Of a stretch of 64,000 nucleotides of DNA, positions 19,963 through 30,447 are shown one piece after another. The first letter of the stretch is position 1. Each line of letters starts with the position of its first letter. Source of the DNA: an uncultured Spirochaetota bacterium (lineage in GTDB: Bacteria; Spirochaetota; Spirochaetia; SZUA-6; Fen-1364); assembly GCA_963781885.1 (NCBI GenBank), contig CAWAHW010000004.1, positions 384,001 through 448,000 of the forward strand, written 5' to 3'. The notes beneath the pieces are model-generated. The model worked only from the letters and a program-made list of their open reading frames with translations. It was not told the origin of the DNA and did not search any database. The position numbers were made by a program, and so were the translations under genes.

Positions 19963-20124
19963 GCTGGTTTCTCCTTGTTGTTTCGGACTTCCCGCACTAT
20001 AACCTTCTGAATTCCGTATTTCAAGACGGCAAGGGGAAACGCCGATGCATGGAACGGCCATTCACGGTATATTTATCGAAGCCCCCCGTGCGAGGCGGCT
20101 GTCAAAGGAAAAGGAGACCCGCGC

Positions 20125-21594
20125 ATGAAAAAACGCTTCCTGCTTTTCGCCGCGCTCCTGCTTGCGTCCGCGCCGTTGAGCCTTGCGGCCGCCGCGGACG
20201 TGACGGGTTTGCAGACGTACACGCTGGACAACGGTCTGGAGGTCTTCGTCCTGGAAAATCACAATGTTCCCCTTGCGCGCATACAGATCACGTTCCGCAC
20301 CGGCGCCATCAGCCAGACGCCCCAGACGGCGGGACTTTTCCACCTCTATGAGCACATGCTGTTCAAGGGCAACAGGGCCTATCCGAATCAGACCGCCCTC
20401 CAGGGGGCGCTGAAAGACCTCGGCGTGGGAGACTGGAACGGGGGCACATCCGTGGAGGACGTGTCCTACTATTTCACCGTGCCTGCGGACAAGGTGAGCA
20501 AGGGCATCCAGTTCTGGGCCGACGCCGTGCGCTACCCGCTCTTCGATCCCGCGGAGCTGGACACGGAAAAGAACGTTGTCGTGAATGAGATCCGCGGTTA
20601 CTTCAGCGACCCGGACAATATCTACAGCTCCGCCCTGGACAAGGCCATGTTCTGGAAATACCCGTGGCGAAAGGACGTGGGAGGCTCGGAGGCCCTGGTG
20701 AGGGCAGCCACGATACCGGTGCTCAAGGACATGCAGGCGACGTGGTACGTGCCCAACAATGCCGCCCTTTTCATCGGTGGGGACGTGGATCCCGCCGCCG
20801 TGCGGGCGGCGATCCAGACGTATTTCGGCGACTGGAAGAGGACGAATGATCCGTGGTCGTCCCCGCCGCCCGCCCACCCGGCGCCGCAGAAGGACGCCCT
20901 GCTGGTGTTCCCGGACGACCAGATGTATCCGGGGATCGTTTCGGTGGGCCTCCAGTTCCGGGGACCCGACGTCCTGGCCGACCCGTCGGCGACCTATGCC
21001 GCCGACGCGCTGGGCAATCTCCTGGACGACCCCAATGGGAAGTTCAAGACCGACATCTTCAACAGCGTCCCGGGCCAGTATCGCAAAGAGAGCATCAGCG
21101 AAGCCTATTCGACGATGCGTGACGGCGGCCTGATCGGCTTCGGCACGCTCATGCTGGTCTCCCCCCAGAAGGATACATTCGCCCGGCTCGCCTCGCTGAA
21201 GACGGCATTCGCCGCGGAGATGGGCGTCATCGCCTCCAACCCGTCCTATTTCACGGACGACAACTTCAGCGTCATGAAGCGACAGCTCACGGATGACCGG
21301 ATCTGGGAACGGGAGACGGTGAACGGTTTCGTGAGCTCCCTGTCCTTCTGGTGGTCGTCCGCGTCCACGTCGTACTACATGGGCTACTCGGACGCGCTCC
21401 GCCAGGTCACGCAGCCGGACATCGCGAAGTTCATCTTGACCTACATCATTTCCAAGCCGAGCGTGATGTCGATCCGCATGAACCCGAAGGATTTCGAGGC
21501 CGAAAAAGCACAGGCCCAGGACCAGGGGTGGGTCGTGATCAGCAAGGACAACGCATACTGGTGGGCCGACCAGGCCAAGGGGGTGTCGCAATGA
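20125..21594 (+). CDS. Secreted M16 zinc peptidase, catalytic subunit
   Basis: Signal peptide; TLDNGL; inverted Zn motif HLYEHMLFKG; EKNVVVNE. Confidence 0.88.
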   Translation: MKKRFLLFAALLLASAPLSLAAAADVTGLQTYTLDNGLEVFVLENHNVPLARIQITFRTGAISQTPQTAGLFHLYEHMLFKGNRAYPNQTALQGALKDLGVGDWNGGTSVEDVSYYFTVPADKVSKGIQFWADAVRYPLFDPAELDTEKNVVVNEIRGYFSDPDNIYSSALDKAMFWKYPWRKDVGGSEALVRAATIPVLKDMQATWYVPNNAALFIGGDVDPAAVRAAIQTYFGDWKRTNDPWSSPPPAHPAPQKDALLVFPDDQMYPGIVSVGLQFRGPDVLADPSATYAADALGNLLDDPNGKFKTDIFNSVPGQYRKESISEAYSTMRDGGLIGFGTLMLVSPQKDTFARLASLKTAFAAEMGVIASNPSYFTDDNFSVMKRQLTDDRIWERETVNGFVSSLSFWWSSASTSYYMGYSDALRQVTQPDIAKFILTYIISKPSVMSIRMNPKDFEAEKAQAQDQGWVVISKDNAYWWADQAKGVSQ

Positions 21595-23093
21595 TCGCAC
21601 GACGCGCGCTTCTCGGTGCGGCCCTTGCCGCCCTGCTCCTTCCGCTCGCGGCATTCCCGCAGGCGCCCCAGCTCATGCGGGAGCAGGCAGCCGTCGAGGC
21701 GGGCAAGATCAACCCGTTCGCAAAGGAGAACATCCCCACCTTCTCGGTCACGTCCCTTGCCAACGGCATCCCCGTGATCGTGAAGAGGTCGCCGACGAAC
21801 CGCATCATGTCGCTGAAGGTGGTGCTCATGGGCCATGTCTCCTTCACCCCGGTCCAGAAGGCGGGGCTGGAAGCGGTGATGCTCCGCATGCTTACACGGG
21901 GCTCGGCGCACTACACCTATGCCGACGTCCAGAAGATGCTTTTCGAGACGTCGTCGAGCATCGCCGCCAACGCGGGCTCTTTCGACAGCAGCTCGCTGGA
22001 TCTCGTCACCATCGACACCTATTTCAACGAGCTCTTCCCCGTCTTTGCCGACGCCTTCCTCCACCCGAAATGGAATGCGGAAGAGTTTCCCCGGGTGATC
22101 AATGACTTCAAGCGCGCGAAGCAGCAGGAGGAGAACGACCCCTACGGCCTCATGAATCAGCTGCTCCGCGACAGTTTCTTCGCGGGTCATCCCTACGAGG
22201 CGTATTTCCAGGGCGAGGGATACTCGCTGGAGGGGATCACGCTCGACGACGTGATGTCCTACTACGACAAGAACGTGGCGTCGGGCCGCATCTTCATCGT
22301 CGCCGTGGGGAACTTCGATCGTGCCGCGCTCATCACGAAGCTCAACGCGACATTCGGTCTCCTGCCCCACTCCTCCTACGTCCGTCCGCCCGTTCCCGCC
22401 TTCACGGGAGCGGTGAAACCGGACCTGATCGTGGAGACATATCCGCAGTCGGAGGGGTTGGCGTACGTGCGCGGCAACTTCGCCATGCCCGGCCAGGACA
22501 GTCCGGACTTCGCCCCCTCGCTCCTCACCTTCAGCCTGCTGGACGACCTGCTCTTCGAGATCGTACGGACGCGAAACGGCGCGGCATACAGCGTCAACTC
22601 CACGGTGCACGGCTTCACGGCGAGCTACGGCGACATCACGGTCTACAAGACGGCCACGCCGGGCACGGTGAAACCGCTCATCGACCAGGCGATCGCGGTC
22701 CTCGCGTCGGGACGCAGCATGGGAGGCAACGTGACGGCATCAGCTGCCGGCAAGGGCGGAATCGGCAGCGCGGAAGAGGCGAAGGCCGCGAGCTTCGTTC
22801 CCGTCGCGGACGCCCTTCCCTTCTACAAGGCGAGCTTCCTCTCCCAGTTCTATTCAGGCCAGGAGACGAACATGTCGATCGCGGCGCAGATCGCATCGTC
22901 CATCATCTATGACGGCGACTACCGCGACTATCTCCTGATCATCGATCGCATCAACGCGGTCACCGCGGATGACGTCGTGCGGGTGACGAAAAAGTACCTG
23001 ATCGGCAATCCGACGCTCTGGATCGTCCTGGGAGACCCGGCCCTGCTCCAGAGCGTGAAGAAGGACGACTTCATGAGGTTCACGGCGCAATAG
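21591..23093 (+). CDS. Secreted M16 peptidase, non-catalytic partner subunit
   Basis: Signal peptide; LANGIPV; no HxxEH; R/Y pair (VRTRNGAAYSV); ATGA overlap with the partner. Confidence 0.82.
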   Translation: MIARRALLGAALAALLLPLAAFPQAPQLMREQAAVEAGKINPFAKENIPTFSVTSLANGIPVIVKRSPTNRIMSLKVVLMGHVSFTPVQKAGLEAVMLRMLTRGSAHYTYADVQKMLFETSSSIAANAGSFDSSSLDLVTIDTYFNELFPVFADAFLHPKWNAEEFPRVINDFKRAKQQEENDPYGLMNQLLRDSFFAGHPYEAYFQGEGYSLEGITLDDVMSYYDKNVASGRIFIVAVGNFDRAALITKLNATFGLLPHSSYVRPPVPAFTGAVKPDLIVETYPQSEGLAYVRGNFAMPGQDSPDFAPSLLTFSLLDDLLFEIVRTRNGAAYSVNSTVHGFTASYGDITVYKTATPGTVKPLIDQAIAVLASGRSMGGNVTASAAGKGGIGSAEEAKAASFVPVADALPFYKASFLSQFYSGQETNMSIAAQIASSIIYDGDYRDYLLIIDRINAVTADDVVRVTKKYLIGNPTLWIVLGDPALLQSVKKDDFMRFTAQ

Positions 23094-23095
23094 GT

Positions 23096-23124
23096 TTGCC
23101 ATCCGGGCAGCCAGGGAGTACTAT
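23096..23124 (+). promoter_or_regulatory. Promoter giving a probable leaderless mRNA
   Basis: TTGCCA-N17-TACTAT, 6 nt before the GTG start. Confidence 0.6.
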
Positions 23125-23130
23125 TGCCGG

Positions 23131-23961
23131 GTGAAGCACGAGGAATACTCCTGGAAGTCGTTCGATGGTCTTTCGATGTTTGCCCAGTCGTGGGGGCCGG
23201 ACTCTTCCCCGCGCGCGGTCCTTGCGCTCGTGCACGGCCAGGGCGATCATTCGGGCCGCTATGTGCGGCTGGTGGAGCGGCTTGTCGCCGGCGGCATCGC
23301 GGTGAATGCAAGCGACAGCCGGGGGCATGGCCGCTCGGAGGGGCCGCGCGCCTTCACGCCGTCGATGGAAGCCCTCATGAAGGACATCGACACCCTGATC
23401 GAGCAGACGCGCGCGCGGTTCCCCGGCGTGCCCCTCTTCCTGTACGGCCATAGCTTCGGCGGGGAGCAGCTGCTCTCTTACGGGCTCGACAGGAAGCCTC
23501 GCGTCAGCGGCGTGATCGCCTCCAGCCCGCTTCTGGGATTCGGCATCCGCCAGTCCGCCGTCAAAGTCGCCGGCGCGAAGATTCTTTCGGCCATCGTGCC
23601 GAAGCGCACCATCCCCATGGGCGTTCCTCCCCGCTCGCTTTCCCACGATGCCGCATTCGTGGAGTCCAGCCTCAAGGATCCGCTGCTCCAGAACGTCGTT
23701 TCCGTCCGCTCCGCGATCGTCATGCTCCGCGCAAGCGAATGGATCCGGACCCACACGAGCTTCCCCCTCCCCCTGCTCGTCGAACAGGGAACGGACGACC
23801 TGTATGTCAACTCGTCCATGACCATCGACTTCGCGCGGAGTCTCTCGGGCGACGTGACCCTGAAGATCTGGGAGGGACTGTCACACGAGCTACACAACGA
23901 GCTGCGCAAGGATGAGGTGATCGATTCGATCATTGAGTGGCTGAACCGGCACGCACACTGA
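23131..23961 (+). CDS. Alpha/beta hydrolase (lysophospholipase/monoacylglycerol lipase family)
   Basis: VHGQGDHSGRY, RGHGRSEG, GHSFGG nucleophile elbow, GTDD, HELHNE. Confidence 0.88.
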   Translation: MKHEEYSWKSFDGLSMFAQSWGPDSSPRAVLALVHGQGDHSGRYVRLVERLVAGGIAVNASDSRGHGRSEGPRAFTPSMEALMKDIDTLIEQTRARFPGVPLFLYGHSFGGEQLLSYGLDRKPRVSGVIASSPLLGFGIRQSAVKVAGAKILSAIVPKRTIPMGVPPRSLSHDAAFVESSLKDPLLQNVVSVRSAIVMLRASEWIRTHTSFPLPLLVEQGTDDLYVNSSMTIDFARSLSGDVTLKIWEGLSHELHNELRKDEVIDSIIEWLNRHAH

Positions 23962-23995
23962 GCCGCCGGCCGCCACAGCGCCGGGGGCCACCTGC

Positions 23996-24952
23996 TCAAG
24001 GCGCCGCGTCCTGGAGTGGCGGAACGGGTATGGCTTTGAGCAGCTCGGCGAGGATGGCCTCCGACGACACCGCCCGCGCGGCTCCCTCCTCCCTGAGGAT
24101 CATCCTTTTGTTGAGCACGGGCACGACGATATCGCGCACGTCCTCCGGCACGGCATAATTCCTCCCTCTCATCGCCGCAAGGGCCTGCGCGCCCTTGTAC
24201 ACGGCAAGAGAGCCGCGCGGCGACACCCCGAGCACGAGACGGGGATCCGCGCGCGTCGCCGTCACGAGGTCCAGGATGTAACGGCGGAGAAGCGGGCTCA
24301 CGTGCACGCCGAGCACCTGCCGCTGCATTTCCACCAGGCCTTCGAGCGTGGCCACGGCGTGCACCGCTGAGAGCGGGTTTCCCACTCGGCGCTGCTGGAG
24401 CATGATGGCGCGCTCGGCCTCCCTGTCAGGATAGCCCAGGCGCAGGGAGAGAAAGAACCTGTCCTTCTGGACCTCCGGCAAGGGAAATGTCCCCTCGGAT
24501 TCGACGGGGCTTTCGGTGGCAATGAGGAGGAACGGATCCGGCAGCGGCAGGCTCCTGCCTTCCACGCTCACCTGGCCTTCCGCCATGGCCTCCAGGAGCG
24601 CCGACTGCGTCCGCGGTGTGGCGCGGCTGATCTCGTCAACGAGCAGCACATTTGTCATGATCGGCCCCTCGCGGAACTCGAAATCCCCGCTGGCCTGGTT
24701 GAAAATGGAGACGCCCAGGACGTCGGCAGGCAGGAGATCCGGGGTGCACGGGATCTGGCTGTATTTCCCCCCGATGCTCGCCGCAACCGCGCGCGCAAGC
24801 ACCGTCTTGCCGACACCCGGCACGTCCTCGATGAGAACGTGGCCCCGGCAGAGAAGCGCGACGCATATCTTCTCCACCGGGTCCTCGCTGCCCTGGAAGA
24901 CCCCCCGCACCGATGCAATGAAAGACTGTGCCCACGCGCTGACATCGCTCAT
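23996..24952 (-). CDS. MoxR-family AAA+ ATPase, divergent paralogue
   Basis: GHVLIEDVPGVGKT, TPDLLPADV, DEISRATPRTQSALLEAM, ATESP, SPR. Confidence 0.85.
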   Translation of the reverse strand: MSDVSAWAQSFIASVRGVFQGSEDPVEKICVALLCRGHVLIEDVPGVGKTVLARAVAASIGGKYSQIPCTPDLLPADVLGVSIFNQASGDFEFREGPIMTNVLLVDEISRATPRTQSALLEAMAEGQVSVEGRSLPLPDPFLLIATESPVESEGTFPLPEVQKDRFFLSLRLGYPDREAERAIMLQQRRVGNPLSAVHAVATLEGLVEMQRQVLGVHVSPLLRRYILDLVTATRADPRLVLGVSPRGSLAVYKGAQALAAMRGRNYAVPEDVRDIVVPVLNKRMILREEGAARAVSSEAILAELLKAIPVPPLQDAAP

Positions 24953-26493
24953 TTGACGATCCCATCCACCATTCTTGAAAATGCCTGCTCCGCGTGCGCC
25001 GCCGGCGCTTCCGCGTAGATGAGCTGCTCGAAAAGGAGCGCTGCTTCCCGCAGAACGGACCCCTTGGAAGGGATGGCACGCTCGAGACGCCGCGCGTACT
25101 CCGCCGGTCCTTCGGCCGCCGTGAAGGCGACACCGGCCTTCCTTCCCCAGCGCGCCAGGCGCTGGTAGTCGCGCACGGCCCTCTGCGCGGCCCGGTGTCG
25201 GGCGCGGCTCCCCGCGGTCCCCGGCCGAGCCTTCGCGCCCGCGGCAGGCGCGCGCAAGGAGCCGACGATGGCCCGCGGGACGGACGCGAGGCCCCTGCCC
25301 GATGCCCGCATCCATTGAGAGATGGCGTGGGGCAGCTGGAGCAGGAAACGACCAAGGGAGCTGAGGCACCGCAGAAGGGTCTTGAGCGGGTGCATCTGCC
25401 CGGCCGACGCGCGGGTATCGCGCAGCAGGAGCGGCCGGATCACGAAGTAGAGGAGCGCGATTCCCGCCGCAATCGCAATGCCAATGCGTGCGACATGGAA
25501 GATCCGCACGAGAAGATCGGACTCAGTCAAACGTGAAAGACCGGTCGGCGGCAAGAGGGGACCGCGGGGTATCTCCGGCTGCTCCCCGTTTCCCGGGGAC
25601 GCCGCGGGAAGCGATCGGGGTACGGGAAGGAGGCTGAGCAGCCAGAGGAAAAAGCGCCCAAGCGCGGCAAGCGACCCGACAGCCGGGGGAGCGGAGAGGA
25701 ACAGGCTCGCGATGAGGATGACACCAATGCCCGCGAGGGAGCCGCCGATCCGCCGCAGATCGCGGCCCGGGCCATGATCCACTCCCGCACCGCTTTCGAG
25801 CTGGTCATAGGAGAAAAGACCGAAGAGGACGATCGCGGCGCAGCCGCAGATGACGTGGATGAAGATCCGCACGGTATCCCACGCGGAAAGGGCGGGAGCG
25901 GAGACCACCACACGCGCCGCCATGAGGAGCACAAAGGGCACAAGGATGAATGCTTCGAGCATCAGGGTCGTGCCGCGCAGCCTCCGAAGGGCTTGCTGGG
26001 ATTCAGTCGCTTCCCCACTTGCATCGCGGGCGGCGCGGACGAGCGCGTGGCCGGTGGCGCCGCCCAGGAGAGAGAGAAACAGCTCGCGAGGCCGAAGGGC
26101 ATCCTGGATCCGCAGGGTGAGGAGCCACTGGAGGCCGCAGAGGACGAGCGGCCAGACGAGCGCCGGCCCAAGGGGATTCCAGTCGCCGCGGAAGGGCCCT
26201 CCGCCCAGGAGCAGCAGGAGCGCGGCGACACAGACAAAGGTGAGGAGGGCCTCCCGGATGCGGGGGAAAAAGCCGGTGACGCGCCGCGTCCCCAGCGCGT
26301 TGGACACCACGGTGCGGCTGACGCCGGTCACGAGCACGACGAGGAGAAACGCGGGCGGGGGTGCAGGAATCGTACCCGGGAGAATGCCGCCGCGGACCAG
26401 GGCGTCGAGCGCCTGGACGAATGAGAAGGGCAGGAGGACGGAGACCAGGGGATGAAGAGACGAGCGCAGCATCGACAGGCGCGATTCACGCAT
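24949..26493 (-). CDS. Multi-pass membrane protein with DUF4129-like C-terminal domain
   Basis: Many TM helices; C-terminal YQRLARWG...EGPAEYARRL...FEQLIYA pattern; overlaps both neighbours. Confidence 0.65.
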   Translation of the reverse strand: MRESRLSMLRSSLHPLVSVLLPFSFVQALDALVRGGILPGTIPAPPPAFLLVVLVTGVSRTVVSNALGTRRVTGFFPRIREALLTFVCVAALLLLLGGGPFRGDWNPLGPALVWPLVLCGLQWLLTLRIQDALRPRELFLSLLGGATGHALVRAARDASGEATESQQALRRLRGTTLMLEAFILVPFVLLMAARVVVSAPALSAWDTVRIFIHVICGCAAIVLFGLFSYDQLESGAGVDHGPGRDLRRIGGSLAGIGVILIASLFLSAPPAVGSLAALGRFFLWLLSLLPVPRSLPAASPGNGEQPEIPRGPLLPPTGLSRLTESDLLVRIFHVARIGIAIAAGIALLYFVIRPLLLRDTRASAGQMHPLKTLLRCLSSLGRFLLQLPHAISQWMRASGRGLASVPRAIVGSLRAPAAGAKARPGTAGSRARHRAAQRAVRDYQRLARWGRKAGVAFTAAEGPAEYARRLERAIPSKGSVLREAALLFEQLIYAEAPAAHAEQAFSRMVDGIVK

Positions 26494-27670
26494 CGACGCC
26501 CGGCTTTCCATCGGAGGAATGGACGTGGGAGCGGATGCCGGTCATTTCCGTGTCCGCCCTCGCCGTCGCCGCGGAGGTGACGAAAAAGACCTCCAGCTCC
26601 CAGCCTTTGCGGGCAAGGGCATGCAGCCCGGCGCGGCGCTCGGGCGGAAGCGGCGGGGTCACGGCGATGATCCGCGTCCCCGTGCGGACGGCGACCCCCG
26701 CGCCGCCGGCCAGCCGCGTGAAATCGCCGCCGCCGCGGTCGGGCGCCGCGCGGGCCAGCTCTTCGAGCATCCTCACCGCGTGGCCCGTGCCCGCGCGAAT
26801 GGGCACCGCGATCGGACCGTCGCCCGCGCCCGCCATTCGACTGGCGAGCGCCGCCAGGCCAACCTCCTGTTTCATGCCGATGAAATACACGACAAGCGAC
26901 GCCGCGAGCTCGATGGCCCTCTCCATGTGATGGTGCCTGCCGTCGAGGGGGTAATCCGACGCGGAGAGGTTCAGGAGCACGAGCACGGGAAAATAGAGCG
27001 AGGGCACGTACTCCATGGTGTGGAGCTTCCCCAGCCGCGCCGACACCTTCCAGTTGATGCGGCGAAGCTCGTCGCCGGGGACGTATTCCCGCAGCGAACG
27101 GTACCTGCTCACGTCCTCGTAGAGCCGGTTGGCAACGACAAGCGAGCCCGCGGGCAGCCCGCGCCTGTGCTCCAGCGACACGGGAAAAACCGCGGGGTAC
27201 ACGATGAGCGTCGTCGTCGATTCATACGCCTTGCCCCACGGCCGAAGCGCAAACGGCCCGGGTCCTGAAACCTGCGCCGGGCCGATCCGGAACTCGCCCC
27301 TTTCCCGCGTTTCCGCCTCCCAGCTCAGGATCGTCGTCCCGCGCGGCGCGAGATCGACGCGGAACACCGGCGGGGCGTCGGGGAACAGACCGCCGGGTGC
27401 GTCGACAATCAGCACGGAGCGCAGGGGCAGGGGCCAGCGGTTCCGCACCTCGAGGCTGACGACGACCTTCTGCGTCCTGTTGACCCGCAGCACGGGATCC
27501 CGGCGTGACACCGACACGGCGCCGGGAAGCAGCCAACGCGCGGTCGCGGGCATCCCCACCATCAGAGAAAGAAAGATTCCGAGCAGCCGCACCTCGCGGA
27601 ATGGGGCAAAGGCAAAGCAGAGCAGAAAAAGGATGATGAGCGCGATGTCTCCCCGGGCGAGCGGTCTCAC
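26486..27670 (-). CDS. DUF58 domain protein (MoxR-associated, VWA-like)
   Basis: LIVYP, SLREYVPGDELRRINWKVSAR, ERAIELAASL. Confidence 0.88.
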   Translation of the reverse strand: MRPLARGDIALIILFLLCFAFAPFREVRLLGIFLSLMVGMPATARWLLPGAVSVSRRDPVLRVNRTQKVVVSLEVRNRWPLPLRSVLIVDAPGGLFPDAPPVFRVDLAPRGTTILSWEAETRERGEFRIGPAQVSGPGPFALRPWGKAYESTTTLIVYPAVFPVSLEHRRGLPAGSLVVANRLYEDVSRYRSLREYVPGDELRRINWKVSARLGKLHTMEYVPSLYFPVLVLLNLSASDYPLDGRHHHMERAIELAASLVVYFIGMKQEVGLAALASRMAGAGDGPIAVPIRAGTGHAVRMLEELARAAPDRGGGDFTRLAGGAGVAVRTGTRIIAVTPPLPPERRAGLHALARKGWELEVFFVTSAATARADTEMTGIRSHVHSSDGKPGVDA

Positions 27671-28628
27671 GAAGACGCCTGCGACGCGCCGGACGGCGCG
27701 GCGGGGATCCGCAGGAGGATTTCATCGATGACATTCTCTTCCGTGCATCCCCGCAGCAGATGCTCCGGTTTCACGCTGATGCGCTTCAGGAGCACGGCGG
27801 GAGCGAGCGCACGCACGTCGGCGGCCGCCGCGGCCTGCCTGCCCTGGAGCAGGGCCATCGCCTGGCTTCCCTTATAGAGTGCCATGGACGCGCGGGGCGA
27901 TGCTCCCCGCGAAAGCCGGGGCTCGCGCCGGGTTTCCTCCACGAGCGCGAGGATATAAGAGGAGACAGGGTCGGGCACCGGCACGGAGAGCACCCTTGCC
28001 TGCAGGGCAACGAGTGCCGCGGGGTCCGTGATCGCGGTGAGGAGCGTCACGGGATGCGCGAGGCTGCTCTGCGCCGTCATGATCTCTTCCTCCGCCTCGG
28101 GAGGCGGGTATCCCATGCGGAGGCTGAGGAAGAACCTGTCCTTCTGGGCCTCGGGAAGCGGAAACGTGCCGTCGAACTCCACGGGATTCTCCGTGGCAAT
28201 GAGGAGGAAGGGCCGGGGCAGAGGAATGGTCCGTCCTTCCAGGCTCACCTGCCCGTCCGCCATGGCCTCCAGGAGCGCCGACTGCGTGCGCGGGGTCGCC
28301 CGGTTTATCTCGTCGACGAGCAGCACATTCGTCATGACGGGCCCTTCGCGCAGCTCGAAACGGGTGCTGCGGGGGTTGTAGACGGACACGCCCAGGACGT
28401 CCGCGGGAAGCAGGTCAGGCGTGCACTGGATGCGGCGGAATTTCCCCCCAGGGAAGCGGACAGCGCCCGCGCGAGGATCGTCTTGCCGACGCCCGGCACG
28501 TCTTCCAGCAGGACGTGCCCGTTGCAGAGCAGGGCCACGACGATCCTTTCAATCACGGCGCGCTTGCCATACACCACGCGCTCGACGTTTTTCACGAGCG
28601 CGGCGGCAAACTCCTCGACGCCGGTCAT
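27667..28628 (-). CDS. MoxR-family AAA+ ATPase (apparent 1-nt deletion near 28441-28449)
   Basis: N-part MTGVEEFAAAL...GHVLLEDVPGVGKT joins FRRIQCTPDLLPADV...DEINRATPRTQSALL...ATENP in another frame at a T3/C6 run. Confidence 0.85.
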
Positions 28629-29551
28629 GCCGCGCCGTGCGGTGACGCCGCCAGCGCGGCGGCGATGGCGCAGCCGAGATCGACGTTGTTGAGGAAAAGC
28701 CGCACGTTCGTCTCCAGCGCGCCGCCGCCAGAGAGCTCGACGATGCGCGAGAGCAGGAACGGCGTCACGGCCTTTCCGTGGATATTGCGCGCATCGAGAT
28801 CCCGCAGCGCCGTCTCGATCCAGCCGCTCATGGTCTCGCGCGGGATCTCTGATTCCGACGGCACGGGGTTGGCGACGAGGATACCCTGCGGCGCGCCCAG
28901 GGAGCGCTGCGCGCGGAGCACTCGCGCGATCTCGGCGGCAGATTCGACTTTCAGCGGCACGGGCAGACCGCTCGCGCGCGAGTAGAAGGCGGGGAACTCG
29001 GCCGTCTGGAAGCCGAGCACGGGAACGCCGAGCGTTTCCAGAACCTCCAGCGTCTTCGGCAAGTCGAGTATCGCCTTTGCCCCCGCGGAGACGACACAGA
29101 CGGACGTGGCGGCAAGCTCCGTCATGTCCGCTGAAACGTCGAATGTGCCCTCTGCGCCGCGATGCACCCCGCCGATGCCGCCCGTGGCGAACACGTCGAT
29201 GCCCGCCAGACGCGCCGCCCACATGGTGGCGCTCACGGTCGTCGCACCGGTCTTGCGATTTGCCAGGGCCCACGCGAGGTCACGCCGCGAGACCTTGAGC
29301 ACGCCCTTTTCCGTTGCAAGACGATCCAGCTCTGCCGCGCCCAGTCCGATGAATATCCTGCCGTCCAGCACCGCAACGGTGGCGGGTATCGCACCCTTGC
29401 CGCGCGCCAGAGCCTCGGCCGCACGGGCGGTTTCCAGGTTGCGCGGGTAGGGCATGCCGTGACTGATGATCGTCGATTCGAAAGCGATGACGGGTGCGCC
29501 GGCGGCCAGCGCGTTGGCGACCTCCGGGGTCAGGTGCAGGAACTCGTTCAC
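28625..29551 (-). CDS. psuG: Pseudouridine-5'-phosphate glycosidase
   Basis: AFESTIISHGMPYP, KVSRRDL, GATTVSATM, FATGGIGGVHRG, DVSADM, GKAVTPFLL. Confidence 0.95.
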   Translation of the reverse strand: MNEFLHLTPEVANALAAGAPVIAFESTIISHGMPYPRNLETARAAEALARGKGAIPATVAVLDGRIFIGLGAAELDRLATEKGVLKVSRRDLAWALANRKTGATTVSATMWAARLAGIDVFATGGIGGVHRGAEGTFDVSADMTELAATSVCVVSAGAKAILDLPKTLEVLETLGVPVLGFQTAEFPAFYSRASGLPVPLKVESAAEIARVLRAQRSLGAPQGILVANPVPSESEIPRETMSGWIETALRDLDARNIHGKAVTPFLLSRIVELSGGGALETNVRLFLNNVDLGCAIAAALAASPHGAA

Positions 29552-30376
29552 GTCGTCTCCTTTGCAAGACGGTCTTCCACAACGCTCATTGCATTGCGGA
29601 CCGCGGCGCGCATCTCCACGCCCTTGTGCAGCTCGGAGATGAGGGCGGCAAGAAGCAGGTCACCGGCGCCCGTGGTGTCGCGCGCGTCCACGCGCCGGCC
29701 GGGGCTCCAGTCCTCGCGCGCCCCGGCGTGGTACAGGCTGAGCCCGTTCTCCCCGCGCGTCACGACGATCGTCTTGATGCGCCGGTCCGCCATGAACCGG
29801 GGGATGTCGCGAATGCCCAGGACGTCCATCTCCTCCTCCGTGGGCGTCAGGAGGAAAAGGTCGTGGAGCGACGCGGCGTGACGCGCCGCTTTCTCAACGG
29901 AGACAGGTTCGACGACGAGGCGCGTGGCCCCCGCGTAGCTGTCCACAAGCCGCGCGAGAAGCGCCGCGGAGAGATTTGCGTCCAGGATGAGGAAGTCCGC
30001 AGGCGCCGGCGCGCCAAGAGAGCGCTCGAACGAAGTCCGCGGACAGAGCCTGCTCGATGATGCGGAAGTCGGACGCGGCGACCTTGAGGCTCCCGCTCTC
30101 CATGAGAGCGAGATACAGCGGCGGACGCGCCTCCTTGTCCGTCACGGACTGGATGATGACGCTGCCGTCCGCTTCCAGCGCCTCCCGCGCCCACCGCGAA
30201 ATGGGGTCGGCCGCGAGGGCCGTGATGAAGCGCTTCGGTCCCTCCAGATTGCTGAATATGCGGTAGCCGACCCCGCCCAGCCCCATGCGGATGTCCGACG
30301 GATTTGAGGTGCCGTCGAGAAAAACCTCCCGCATCGCGATCAGGTCGATGCCGACCGCCCCCACCACCTGGATCAT
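29548..30376 (-). CDS. psuK: PfkB-family kinase, probable pseudouridine kinase (apparent 1-nt insertion near 30029)
   Basis: GAVGID, SNPS, GGVG in one frame; LILDANL, VEPVSVEKA, TPTEEE, TRGENG, DTTGAGD in the other; GTGA overlap with psuG. Confidence 0.8.
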
Positions 30377-30447
30377 GAATCCACCATGCCCCCTCCACCG
30401 ACGCCCTGTCAATTCTCCGCGCACTGTGGTATCAATGAAGCCTTCCC

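Noticed and set aside
28439-28450. Programmed -1 ribosomal frameshift in moxR1 (GGGGGGAAAT)
   Set aside because: The run is superficially slippery, but I know no precedent in MoxR and the same indel pattern recurs in unrelated genes; sequencing error is more likely.
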